Assembly: GCA_050013255.1 (NCBI GenBank)
Contig: JBEKFP010000002.1
Coordinates: 224,001-288,000, forward strand
Source of the DNA: Candidatus Bathyarchaeia archaeon
GTDB taxonomy: Archaea > Thermoproteota > Bathyarchaeia > 40CM-2-53-6
Reading direction: 5' to 3'
DNA: 64,000 bases
Shown here: positions 29,162 through 38,159 of the stretch, one piece after another
How the letters are laid out: each line of letters starts with the position of its first letter
Position numbering within the stretch: the stretch's first letter is position 1
The notes under the pieces: model-generated
Database searches by the model: none
What the model was told of the DNA's origin: nothing
What the model saw: the letters and a program-made list of their open reading frames with translations, nothing else
Position numbers and translations under genes: made by a program

Positions 29162-29296
29162 CTACGGGTAGCTAAATCCCATATATGCTACTTCGATTTG
29201 TGAGGGCGAATGCACGATGATTTCGGGGTCGCCATTGTATAATTGATTTGTCCCGGTTGTTCTGACTTTCTTGTTTAGGTAGAATGAAACACTGGG
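29162..29296 (-). pseudogene. C-terminal gene fragment (OB-fold-like tail), no start codon
   Basis: Hand translation PSVSFYLNKKVRTTGTNQLYNGDPEIIVHSPSQIEVAYMGFSYP*; begins immediately after the matrixin stop. Confidence 0.4.
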
Positions 29297-29297
29297 G

Positions 29298-30098
29298 CTA
29301 ACCAATCTTTCGTTCGCAGCAATAGCTTGATTGTTTCCTTGGCTGATGTCTTGCTAAAGGTCTTGCTATCACGCAGGCGATAAGGGAACTGACGAGAACG
29401 GCTAGGAAGCCTACTTCTGACGGCAGTTCCGGTATTGGTGTCATCGTAGGCTGCCATTCCATGTACGGTATTGAACTGGGCAGGGTGACAATATCCCCAT
29501 AAACTAACGGTGTTCCCTTAGCCACCAAGTACACGCCATACAAGTTAAGTGTCGAAGGATAAAGTGATGGAGGTTTTTCGCAAACTCGCTGCCTCGTTTC
29601 ATTCAATATTGCACACATTAGGTCAGGCGCGTAACGTGTGTGCGACAAACCTAAGGTATGTCCTAATTCATGCATTATTGCATATTCGAAGCCGAACCCC
29701 GTCGTCCAATTCCTGCTAAGCAGAATTGAGATTGAAGCAGCGTTGGAATCAGGCCGGACCGTGGTCACGCCTTTCCACCATTGGCCAGTGTCTGGAACGT
29801 ATGTTATGGTTATTTGTGATTTGCCAGTTCCATTCACTAGCGTATAGATGGCGCTTGAATCTTTAGGATACCAGCTAGCAACAAACCATTGTTGGGCTTC
29901 ATTCCAAACATTGAGGGCGAACAGCGTTTGGTTGTAGGCCCAAGCGGGTGACTTCGGTATGCTCACGAAAATTGTTTGACTACGCCAATTTGCCTCATTA
30001 AAGATTGGTTGAAAGTAAGTCTGCTGCGCCCCACTCACCAAGGGGATTGTCAGCACTAAGAAAAGGGATAGGGCTGCGAGTGTTTTGAAGGTTCTCAT
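29298..30098 (-). CDS. Secreted matrixin-like (M10 metzincin) metalloprotease with PEF-CTERM-like tail
   Basis: Signal peptide; HELGHTLGLSH and DLM Met-turn; PIPELP + TM + basic residues. Confidence 0.8.
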   Translation of the reverse strand: MRTFKTLAALSLFLVLTIPLVSGAQQTYFQPIFNEANWRSQTIFVSIPKSPAWAYNQTLFALNVWNEAQQWFVASWYPKDSSAIYTLVNGTGKSQITITYVPDTGQWWKGVTTVRPDSNAASISILLSRNWTTGFGFEYAIMHELGHTLGLSHTRYAPDLMCAILNETRQRVCEKPPSLYPSTLNLYGVYLVAKGTPLVYGDIVTLPSSIPYMEWQPTMTPIPELPSEVGFLAVLVSSLIACVIARPLARHQPRKQSSYCCERKIG

Positions 30099-30135
30099 TC
30101 TCTCTGTTGCGCAGAGTTTCTTCTGAGGTTCTAAC

Positions 30136-30618
30136 TTACGGGCATGATGTGGGGAGGACGCAGTGCGGTCCCTTTGGGTTATCCTGCTGTGTCATGTTGT
30201 ACCCAATCGGATGAGTTACGGGGTCAAAGCTTAGAATTATGGTTTGTGAGGCGGCGGTTTCGCCGAAGGTTCCGTAGCCTACAATTGAGATGTGCGCTCC
30301 AACAATCCATTGGCCGCTTCGATTCGGTGCGGTTGCATAGGTTGTGAAGCTGCCGAATTGGTTTAGGTAGGTTCCAGTTCCAAGGACTTGACTACTTTGA
30401 GCGTCGACGATTTGGATTTGTACGCCCTGAAAGTTGATTGCTGAATCACAAGAGAAATGTGCTTGGGTTTGCGTGGTGAAAGTCTCGTTAGCGAAAGCGG
30501 TACTTGGGAAGAAAACACGGAGGCTGTCAACGTAGCAAGAACTTGCTTTAACCGGTACAACAGTCTGTAGCGGCAGGGTGAGGGCGAATAGAAGCAGGGC
30601 ACATGTGACATATTTCAT
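30136..30618 (-). CDS. Secreted beta-rich (Ig-like) protein
   Basis: Signal peptide; Thr/Ser-rich beta pattern; APNRSGQW. Confidence 0.6.
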   Translation of the reverse strand: MKYVTCALLLFALTLPLQTVVPVKASSCYVDSLRVFFPSTAFANETFTTQTQAHFSCDSAINFQGVQIQIVDAQSSQVLGTGTYLNQFGSFTTYATAPNRSGQWIVGAHISIVGYGTFGETAASQTIILSFDPVTHPIGYNMTQQDNPKGPHCVLPTSCP

Positions 30619-30804
30619 GGTGAATTGCCTTGGTCACTTAACGGGTACTTGTCTGCTTTGAAGTTCTCGGACGATTTCCCAACCCTATTCTGTGTGCACT
30701 TTCCCTTCTCTCTTCATATTTCTCGGGGTTCTCCTCGAACATTGCTGTCGAGCCCGTTCTCTCAAGACGTGTCGGTCTTTCAGCGTTAGTTTCGGCGGTA
30801 CTTC

Positions 30805-31755
30805 TCATTTCCTTTTCCGTCTACGTAAGTAAAGGCCCAAGCCTGCTATTCCAGCAACCACTGCAGCGAATATTACACCAATGATTTCATACGCATTTGT
30901 TTTTGTCATTTCATTAGTTTGTAGCGATTTTTGAATTGAAGTTGTCGGTTGCGTTGTCTTTGTTGCTTGAGAGGTTTGAGTTGTCGATGTTGAAGTTGTC
31001 AGAATCGTTTCCGGCAGGAATGATAAATCCGCAAGCCGAGCCATTCTATCTGATTCATATGTTACCCAAGGATATACTAACCCGTCACGATATCCTTTGT
31101 ATTTGTCCAGCGTATTTGCAAATACCGCAAATCCTTTTGCATTTGTCTCAGTGTTGTTGTAGAAGTTTATGCTTTTCATAGAAATGGAAAATTCGTACTG
31201 CAGATTTGTAGATAAGTTATCATTTGGCGACTTGCTGATAGACGCAGCAAAAACTGCATCTTTGAAATATGGTGGGTTTGTAAAAGTTTCTGTAAGTACC
31301 TTTATTGGGTTACCTGGTTGGTTGCTTACTATATGGCCAACCCAGTCAAAATCATCTTTTTGAGGATTATGGTTTGGAAAACCATCTTGCAAAGTATCAA
31401 TATCGATTTCGACTACTATGTCTCTTACCGCAGTTTTTTGTGATATGAAATCAACACAACCATAGAGGCCATTGTCGCTGTATTTTAACATCAAATATCC
31501 TTTCCCAACATTCAAGTAATCTAAGTCGCCAATTCGGGTATACCTAGACATTTCCTTTTTTTCTGCACCCTTCCATTCATCGGCTTTGCAAACTCCATCA
31601 ATTCCTGGAGGATTCTTTGTATAGGGAACTTTCAAATCAACTCCAATCACATACCCAGGTGGACTCACAGTTGTTTGTCCTTGAACTGACGCGGCTCCAA
31701 GCAGACTCGCAAGTATCACTGCCATGCTAAGAATCTGTTTAGCCCACATTCGCAA
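30805..31755 (-). CDS. Cell-surface protein, DOMON/CBM9-like domain, Thr linker, C-terminal anchor
   Basis: Signal peptide; P.IDG....EW motif; YEFSI; T-rich linker; TM + RRRKRK. Confidence 0.65.
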   Translation of the reverse strand: MRMWAKQILSMAVILASLLGAASVQGQTTVSPPGYVIGVDLKVPYTKNPPGIDGVCKADEWKGAEKKEMSRYTRIGDLDYLNVGKGYLMLKYSDNGLYGCVDFISQKTAVRDIVVEIDIDTLQDGFPNHNPQKDDFDWVGHIVSNQPGNPIKVLTETFTNPPYFKDAVFAASISKSPNDNLSTNLQYEFSISMKSINFYNNTETNAKGFAVFANTLDKYKGYRDGLVYPWVTYESDRMARLADLSFLPETILTTSTSTTQTSQATKTTQPTTSIQKSLQTNEMTKTNAYEIIGVIFAAVVAGIAGLGLYLRRRKRK

Positions 31756-31835
31756 GGTTCCGAACTCTTCCGCTCACATTGACGAGAGAGGCGAAGTTAC
31801 TTAGCATTTTGTCTTACAACTTGTGTAGCGTCGAT

Positions 31836-32069
31836 TCAAAGCGTTTTGAAGGTCGCTAGGTTGTATGGCTTAGTTTCAGCGATTGCGTTATGTCCTTGCC
31901 GTTTCTCGATAATCTTGTCATCTATGAATTGGTACTGGCGTTTGCATGAGCCGCATGAGAAATTGAATTCATCAATCTCGCTCGCATGCTCCCACCGCTT
32001 AATGTGGTCAATCCACACAAGTTGGTTCCAGCAGTTAGGACATTTAGTTGCCTCGTTCTCGAAGAGCAC
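31836..32069 (-). CDS. Small zinc-ribbon protein
   Basis: CPNC and CGSC pairs. Confidence 0.5.
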   Translation of the reverse strand: MLFENEATKCPNCWNQLVWIDHIKRWEHASEIDEFNFSCGSCKRQYQFIDDKIIEKRQGHNAIAETKPYNLATFKTL

Positions 32070-32550
32070 ATTGGAGCAGCTCTAGAGATATTTTGCGAGG
32101 TTTTCAATTCGTAGGGGAATGAGCTTGCCGCCCTCTTGCAACTCAAACCATAAGCTGCATCGTTCGCAACGTTTCAACGGGTAGCTATCTTGGCCGAGAA
32201 GTTCCAAGTCACAAATCGGACACTTCAACTTCGTTCACCGTTCATGCCGTGAACCATGCAAGCAGATAACCAGAAGATGGAAATGCAATACAACAGTCGG
32301 TGAACCCTGAAAGTAGACTCCCCGATAGCAGAGAGAAGAATGAATCTAAATCACGATTATCTTACGTCGAAAGTATTCCTTCTCTTCGTAAATAGTTTCA
32401 CACCTTCTACGTCACAAACATAACCGAATCCTGATTCCACTAGCTCCTGTGTTTTGACAGTCTTGGCTGTGTCGCAAAGTCTTAAGAACCCATGTGACGA
32501 AGATTACAACTTGTTTTATTGCAAAACCTACCATCAGCTCTTGAGTAACT

Positions 32551-33465
32551 ATGCTACGCAGAAATCTGCTCGCTGGTGTCGTGTTTGCGTTAGTTCTGCT
32601 AGTGCTAGTCGCGCACGATGTCTCTGGTCAGATGGGGGGAAGTGTCAGGATTACCCAGGTTGACGCGCCTACCACAGTTGCTGCCGGACAAACATTGACG
32701 GTGACCACAACAATATCCTACTCCATAGCCCCCGGATTTTCAGGTCAAGGCTTAATGGTCATGGTTCTCGACCATACTGGAGCGATGGGTAATCCATACG
32801 CCATAACCGCCAGTTCCTGTGAGGGATACACATACCCAGACCTGTCGATTTGTGCTATTAGTCCTTCAAACCCGAACGGTGATTTGACTGTAAGTTTCAC
32901 GTTAACAGCCCCTAACACCCCAGCGCAATCCTTCAACCTCTGCGTATACGCTTACGTCACGAACGGGAATAGTTATCCACCACAAGTGGCTGCTTCTGAT
33001 TCCAAAGTTGTGAAAGTTGTAACCTCTGGTCAGGTGACGACATCTAGCCAAACATTTCCTACAACGCAGGCTTATGCAACGCCTACTGTTTCCTACACAT
33101 CCACCACTCCCACATCATACTCTAGTGTAGCTTCAGTGCTCTCCAAAGGTCAGAACTGGTTCACCTTCAACAATTACGTAGCCTACTTAGTGTTCTTGGT
33201 GGCAGCAGGCGCAGGTGTCGTTCTCTTCTTGATTTGGAATCGTGCCAAATCTGGCTCTAAGCCCAAGTCAAAGACAACCCCCGTTCGAAGAGTGGAGACT
33301 GCCCCTAAGACGACGATAAGTAAGGATGAACCCGTTAATCCGCCTTCTCCTGCGCAGGCTCCTGAAAGGACTAGAAGGGAGTCAGCAATGTTTTGTTCTC
33401 AATGTGGTGCTCAAATATCTCGTGACAGCAAATTCTGCAAAGAGTGCGGCTCCAAACAAACATAA
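32551..33465 (+). CDS. Exported Ig-like domain + TM + cytoplasmic zinc-ribbon protein
   Basis: Signal peptide, T-rich linker, TM, FCSQCG....DSKFCKECG. Confidence 0.75.
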   Translation: MLRRNLLAGVVFALVLLVLVAHDVSGQMGGSVRITQVDAPTTVAAGQTLTVTTTISYSIAPGFSGQGLMVMVLDHTGAMGNPYAITASSCEGYTYPDLSICAISPSNPNGDLTVSFTLTAPNTPAQSFNLCVYAYVTNGNSYPPQVAASDSKVVKVVTSGQVTTSSQTFPTTQAYATPTVSYTSTTPTSYSSVASVLSKGQNWFTFNNYVAYLVFLVAAGAGVVLFLIWNRAKSGSKPKSKTTPVRRVETAPKTTISKDEPVNPPSPAQAPERTRRESAMFCSQCGAQISRDSKFCKECGSKQT

Positions 33466-33483
33466 ATCTAATTCCATTGGCGA

Positions 33484-34341
33484 ATGCTCATGTCTCTACT
33501 CAGGAAGGTATCGTGGCTGTTCGTTCTAGCAATTGCTATCTCTGCAATCACCTTTCCGATAGTAAGGGCGCAAACAGCCGCCATTACGAATTCGCAGGCG
33601 ACTGACTGGTTCTCGGCCAATTGGATAACCCTCCTCGGTCTTCTCGGTCTTACAATTGGCGTCATAGGTGTGTTGTTAGCCATAGTTTTCTATTACAAAC
33701 CTAGGAAGGTCAAGAGGCCACGCTACGCACTCAGCAGCCTTAACCTCGTCAGTGACTTTGCGAGCAGACTCGACCCGTTGGAAATCAACTACGCTGGGGA
33801 GCGAGTGGAGAATATTACTGTAACTAAGGCGGCGTTCTGGAATGACGGCAGCGATACAATAAACGGTTCGGACGTACCTACAGCGGACCCGATTTCCTTT
33901 GGAATCAGTGACGCTTTCAAGATTCTCGATTCTAAGTTAGTCTATGCGAAGAATCCATCAAATAAGATTAACATTGCTCCTGTAGGTCAGTCAGCAGTTA
34001 ATATGAACTTTGAATATTTGGACAAGAACGACGGAGCGATTCTCCAAATCGTACACACAGGAAAATCGTCGGCCGACATCAAAATTGGTGGGACAATCAA
34101 AGGCGTTGGTAAACCAGAGGCTCAAGTTCCCGAAAAATGGGCGGAGAGATTTCTTTACATAGAGACTTTCTTTCTATTTTTGTCGACCGTCCTAATAGTC
34201 TCTAAAACTGCCTTCGAGGTTGGTGTCTATATGGTGTTTCTCATTACCGTAGCTCTCGCCGCTACAGCGTTTTTCTATCTCCCTCGGGCTAGCAAGACAC
34301 GACTTCCGAAAGGATTTGAAGAACGGTTGGAAGCGTTTTAA
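33484..34341 (+). CDS. Hypothetical membrane protein
   Basis: N-terminal TMs, soluble beta domain (FWN.G...I...D), two C-terminal TMs. Confidence 0.7.
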   Translation: MLMSLLRKVSWLFVLAIAISAITFPIVRAQTAAITNSQATDWFSANWITLLGLLGLTIGVIGVLLAIVFYYKPRKVKRPRYALSSLNLVSDFASRLDPLEINYAGERVENITVTKAAFWNDGSDTINGSDVPTADPISFGISDAFKILDSKLVYAKNPSNKINIAPVGQSAVNMNFEYLDKNDGAILQIVHTGKSSADIKIGGTIKGVGKPEAQVPEKWAERFLYIETFFLFLSTVLIVSKTAFEVGVYMVFLITVALAATAFFYLPRASKTRLPKGFEERLEAF

Positions 34342-34368
34342 GAAACATAAATCGGGAAAACTGTTTCC

Positions 34369-34455
34369 CTACTTCTTCCTCCTGAAGTAGGCTAACCCGT
34401 CCTTCTGAAGAATGAAGTCGAACCCTGCCTCAATCAACTCTGTTATTTCCTTCTG
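34369..34455 (-). pseudogene. C-terminal remnant of a second tyrosine integrase
   Basis: Hand translation QKEITELIEAGFDFILQKDGLAYFRRKK* vs intact integrase end KEAQELVESGFDYVCDVEGFKVFRKRK*. Confidence 0.7.
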
Positions 34456-34550
34456 CCTGACACAACTTTCTGAATATACGTTCGTTCAGTTCGTAATACC
34501 TTAATTCGGAAATCCTTGCCAACGATGCATTCTCAAACAAAACTGATTCA

Positions 34551-35072
34551 TCATATTTTGCAGGCTGAACTCAGATAGAACAAGCAGAATGCGTAAAGCC
34601 ATAGAGCAGCCAAGTAAATCGACAAAATGCCCCCGAAGATGTGCAACGTCTTCAGACGAAAGAGATTGTGTGGCCGGCCTCCTACTACGGCATGTCGCCA
34701 CAAGAGCTTATGCGTTGGAGCATTTCTGTACTGACTGAAATAATGTTGGAGATGCATGTCCATTTGATTTTCGATTTCTTCCATTCTTATGAAACAAATC
34801 TCTGTTAGGCCGTCTGCCCTTATCACTATAACAGCCCACCCAAGCATTATGACGGTAGAGAGGAAAGCTAATACCGGCAAGAGCTTTACAAAATCCGTCC
34901 GTTGCAGTACAAACCCCAATGCAGCAAGAGAACCACCCAGAAAGAGTGCGGCCATGTTTGAGTTCATGGTGTCTAAATGGTGGGCAGTGGAAATGCAAGC
35001 ATCATATTCTGCTAGCAGTGCATTCCTTTCCTCCGCAGAAGTACCGTGTCTCTCCATGCTATCTCGCTCCAA
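34551..35072 (-). CDS. Hypothetical 3-TM membrane protein
   Basis: Two central and one C-terminal TM. Confidence 0.6.
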   Translation of the reverse strand: MERDSMERHGTSAEERNALLAEYDACISTAHHLDTMNSNMAALFLGGSLAALGFVLQRTDFVKLLPVLAFLSTVIMLGWAVIVIRADGLTEICFIRMEEIENQMDMHLQHYFSQYRNAPTHKLLWRHAVVGGRPHNLFRLKTLHIFGGILSIYLAALWLYAFCLFYLSSACKI

Positions 35073-35096
35073 TACCTGAACGACTGAGAGGATTAC

Positions 35097-35969
35097 CTAT
35101 TTTCTCTTCCTAAACACTTTGAATCCCTCTACGTCACAGACATAATCGAACCCTGATTCCACTAGTTCTTGTGCTTCTTTGACGGTCTTAGCTACCTTAG
35201 AAGTGAATTCATCGTCAGGGAAGCTGATTAGCCGAACGTATCGAAGCGTGTTACTAATTGACCGATGGCCGAGGATTTTTTGAACGTGTACTATGTCCCT
35301 TGTCTTATGATACTCCATAGTTCCTTTGAAGTGGCGTAGGCTTCGGAAACTGATTAGTTGAAGCTTCGGGTTCGCCAACTTCAATGCTAGTCTCTTTCGT
35401 TGTCTTTGGAATACTCTTGTGAAATCTTTCAGGCCATCAATGGGAGCTTTGGTCCCGTCATGGAAAATGTACTTCCTATCCTTCGGAAGCAAGTTCAAAC
35501 GGGCAATTAGATTATTGCTAATTCTTAGCTCTCGACTCCTAGAACCCTTCTCAGGTCGAATAACAATCGTGTTCCTATCGAGGTCTATGTGAATCCATTC
35601 CGCTAACCAACCTTCACCCGGTCTACAGCCTGTCTCCTTCAAGAGGAAACAGAATGTTCCAATCTCCCTACTTGGAAGCCCTGAAACTAGTGCGTCAACA
35701 TCTTCCTCTTTCGGAATATGGGGAAGTAAGTCTATCTTCTCATACTTCGGGCGGTCCCACTTAATTCCCTCATACCTGTAGAACCTGTCAACTTCCTCGG
35801 CGATTCTCTGCTTACCGCCCTCATTCCAATCGCAACTCGCCAAAAATCGTTTTACTGATTCAGGTTCTATGATGTTGCATCTACGGTCTAATCGTTTCAA
35901 GCTTCGAACAGCAAAATAGCAAGTGGATTCCCGATAGCCTTCCCTACGCATCCATAAGCCGAAGGACAC
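35097..35969 (-). CDS. Tyrosine recombinase/integrase
   Basis: TGCRPGE (R), PEKGS (K), RSLRH, LGH, TLRY (Y) catalytic motifs; adjacent to tRNA att. Confidence 0.92.
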   Translation of the reverse strand: MSFGLWMRREGYRESTCYFAVRSLKRLDRRCNIIEPESVKRFLASCDWNEGGKQRIAEEVDRFYRYEGIKWDRPKYEKIDLLPHIPKEEDVDALVSGLPSREIGTFCFLLKETGCRPGEGWLAEWIHIDLDRNTIVIRPEKGSRSRELRISNNLIARLNLLPKDRKYIFHDGTKAPIDGLKDFTRVFQRQRKRLALKLANPKLQLISFRSLRHFKGTMEYHKTRDIVHVQKILGHRSISNTLRYVRLISFPDDEFTSKVAKTVKEAQELVESGFDYVCDVEGFKVFRKRK

Positions 35970-35999
35970 TATCTCGTTAACATGTGCGGGGATTAGTTG

Positions 36000-36077
36000 T
36001 GGCGGGCGGGGAGGGATTCGAACCCCCGACCTCAGGCTCCGGAGGCCTGTGCCCTATCCAGGCTAGGCTACCCGCCC
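36000..36077 (-). tRNA. tRNA-Arg(CCG), intronless, CCA encoded
   Basis: GGGCGGG/CCCGCCC acceptor, CAGGC-CTCCGGA-GCCTG anticodon arm, GGGGG-TTCGAAT-CCCTC T arm. Confidence 0.95.
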
Positions 36078-36201
36078 GTCAGAGGAGAGAGTAGGTTTTC
36101 ATGTATAAGGGTGGACACAAGAATTTTCGAATAGCAGCGAACCAATTTTAAGGCGAACGATGCCATAGCCAATAGCTGAACCGCTTCCAAAAACCGGAAA
36201 A

Positions 36202-38154
36202 TTGGTCGCCTTGGGGAACATTCTCCAGCAATTTAGAGATGAGTGTAACAGCGCCCTTCGTGATGCGCTGGAGAAGTCTTTTCCGGAATGGGTCGTTAAG
36301 ATCCTGCGCCTTACGGTCCCTCCGTCCCTCGAATTTGGCGAGCTGACATCGTCAATTGCACACGAAATTGCTCGTCAAAAGCAGCTTCAACCACAACAAG
36401 TTGCCCAAGCAATTTGCGCCGCCTTACCGATAAGGAAAGGCACGCTTTTGGCAAATGTCGAAAGCGTTTCAGGATATGTGAACTTCAAAATAGATTACAA
36501 GATTGCCGCTCCTCAAATTCTCGCAAATGCACTCCGAGAGGACGTCCGCTTCGGCATTGAGAAATCAGAACATCCGATAAGGATGACGGTGGAACATACG
36601 AGCGCTAATCCGAGCGGCCCCCTAACAATGGGCCATGCTCGAAACGCCATACTTGGGGACGTGCTTGCACGCTTACTGAAGGCAAGAGGGCATTCAATCA
36701 AGAAAAGGTTCTACATTGACGACATGGGACGGCAAGTGTCGATTCTCGCATACGGCTACAGCCTCCTAAAGGAACCTGAACCTCAAGGTAAGGCGGACCA
36801 TTGGTTCGGACGCCTTTACGCTTGCACGAACTGCGCGGTTCAGGTCGAAGCCACGAAGTTGAAATTGAAGCAAATTGTGGACGATCCAAACCAGAGCGAA
36901 CAAAGAGTTGAGCTTCAACGGAACCTCGACGATTGGGTAGGGATCGCTGCGGAACTCGGAGCAACTGACGCAGAACTCTTAGCAAAGGTTGTAAACGCCG
37001 TGCGTGCAGAGCCAAACCCTGAGAAAGCCATTCAAGATATTGGGCGCAGATACGAGCAAAATGAGAAAGAAGCCGTTGCTTTAGTCAGAAAGGTTTCTGA
37101 ACTATGCCTGAACGGAATCAGGGCAACATTAGACGAGATGGATATTACATTTGATACTTGGGACTGGGAAGGGGAACTACTTTGGAACGGCTCCGTTGAC
37201 AAAACGCTTGCCAGGCTAGCTAAACTGCCCTTCGCAAAGAAGGAGGGCGCGTCAATTTCATTGGACGTTAACTCCATATTGGACGCCTATTCGCTACGCA
37301 AAGAATTCGGCCTGTCCGAGAATTATGAGGTCCCACCATTGACCCTCGTTCGCAGTGATGGCACAACCCTTTACCCAACGAGGGATATCGCATATTCAAT
37401 CGCAAAATCAGCCGATTCGGATAAGGTGATAAACGTAATCGCGTCGGAACAGAATTTACCCCAACTACAAATCCGCCTAGCACTCTACGCGCTCGGCGAA
37501 CAAAAGGCGGCACTTAATCAAATTCATTATGCGTACGGTTTGGTTGAGCTCCCAGGCGGGGTCAAATCGTCGAAAAGGAGAGCGCATTACGTAGCTCTTG
37601 ATGACGTGATCGAACAGGCCAGATCCCGAGTTGAGCAAACAATGGCACAGAGAAAAGAAGAACTTGGGGCGACCGAATCCCACAGGACAGCTCAGAATAT
37701 AGCGCTAGGCGCAATCAGGTTCACTCTGCTTAATGTTAACAGCATGAAGAACATGACATTCACTTGGGACCGGGTCCTCAGCCTAGAGCGCAACAGCGCC
37801 CCGTTCATCAACTATGCCTATACTAGGGCTGGGAGTATTCTTCGGAAACTAGGCGAATTCCCAAAAAATGCAGACTGTTCGCTTCTCACACATCCCCTTG
37901 AACTCCTGCTCATATTCAAAATCGGACAGATGACTGATGTCTTCTGCGAAGCTGCAGACCAGCTCAAACCGGAGGAATTGACTGGGTACGTGAATTCCAT
38001 GGCCGAAAAGTTCCATGAATATTACGAGAAGGTGGACGTAATCCACGCAGGCGCAGATGTTAAGAACGCAAGGGCTTGGCTAGTTAGAGCCATACAGGTT
38101 GTGCTCCGGAATTCTATGGAGTTACTCGGAATCAGCGAAAGTGAAAGGATGTAA
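36202..38154 (+). CDS. argS: Arginine--tRNA ligase
   Basis: EHTSANP...MGHARN HIGH-like motif, RSDGT.LY..RDIAY, PFINYAY.R anticodon domain. Confidence 0.95.
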   Translation: MVALGNILQQFRDECNSALRDALEKSFPEWVVKILRLTVPPSLEFGELTSSIAHEIARQKQLQPQQVAQAICAALPIRKGTLLANVESVSGYVNFKIDYKIAAPQILANALREDVRFGIEKSEHPIRMTVEHTSANPSGPLTMGHARNAILGDVLARLLKARGHSIKKRFYIDDMGRQVSILAYGYSLLKEPEPQGKADHWFGRLYACTNCAVQVEATKLKLKQIVDDPNQSEQRVELQRNLDDWVGIAAELGATDAELLAKVVNAVRAEPNPEKAIQDIGRRYEQNEKEAVALVRKVSELCLNGIRATLDEMDITFDTWDWEGELLWNGSVDKTLARLAKLPFAKKEGASISLDVNSILDAYSLRKEFGLSENYEVPPLTLVRSDGTTLYPTRDIAYSIAKSADSDKVINVIASEQNLPQLQIRLALYALGEQKAALNQIHYAYGLVELPGGVKSSKRRAHYVALDDVIEQARSRVEQTMAQRKEELGATESHRTAQNIALGAIRFTLLNVNSMKNMTFTWDRVLSLERNSAPFINYAYTRAGSILRKLGEFPKNADCSLLTHPLELLLIFKIGQMTDVFCEAADQLKPEELTGYVNSMAEKFHEYYEKVDVIHAGADVKNARAWLVRAIQVVLRNSMELLGISESERM

Positions 38155-38159
38155 CAATC

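Larger units (their letters stand above)
26593..36029. mobile_element. Genomic island integrated in tRNA-Arg(CCG)
   Basis: 30-bp direct repeat TGGCGGGCGGGGAGGGATTCGAACCCCCGA at 26593-26622 and 36000-36029; tyrosine integrase next to tRNA. Confidence 0.9.

Noticed and set aside
30620-30800. Possible decayed gene fragment (GWEIVREL) in the island
   Set aside because: Interrupted by stops and too short to assign.
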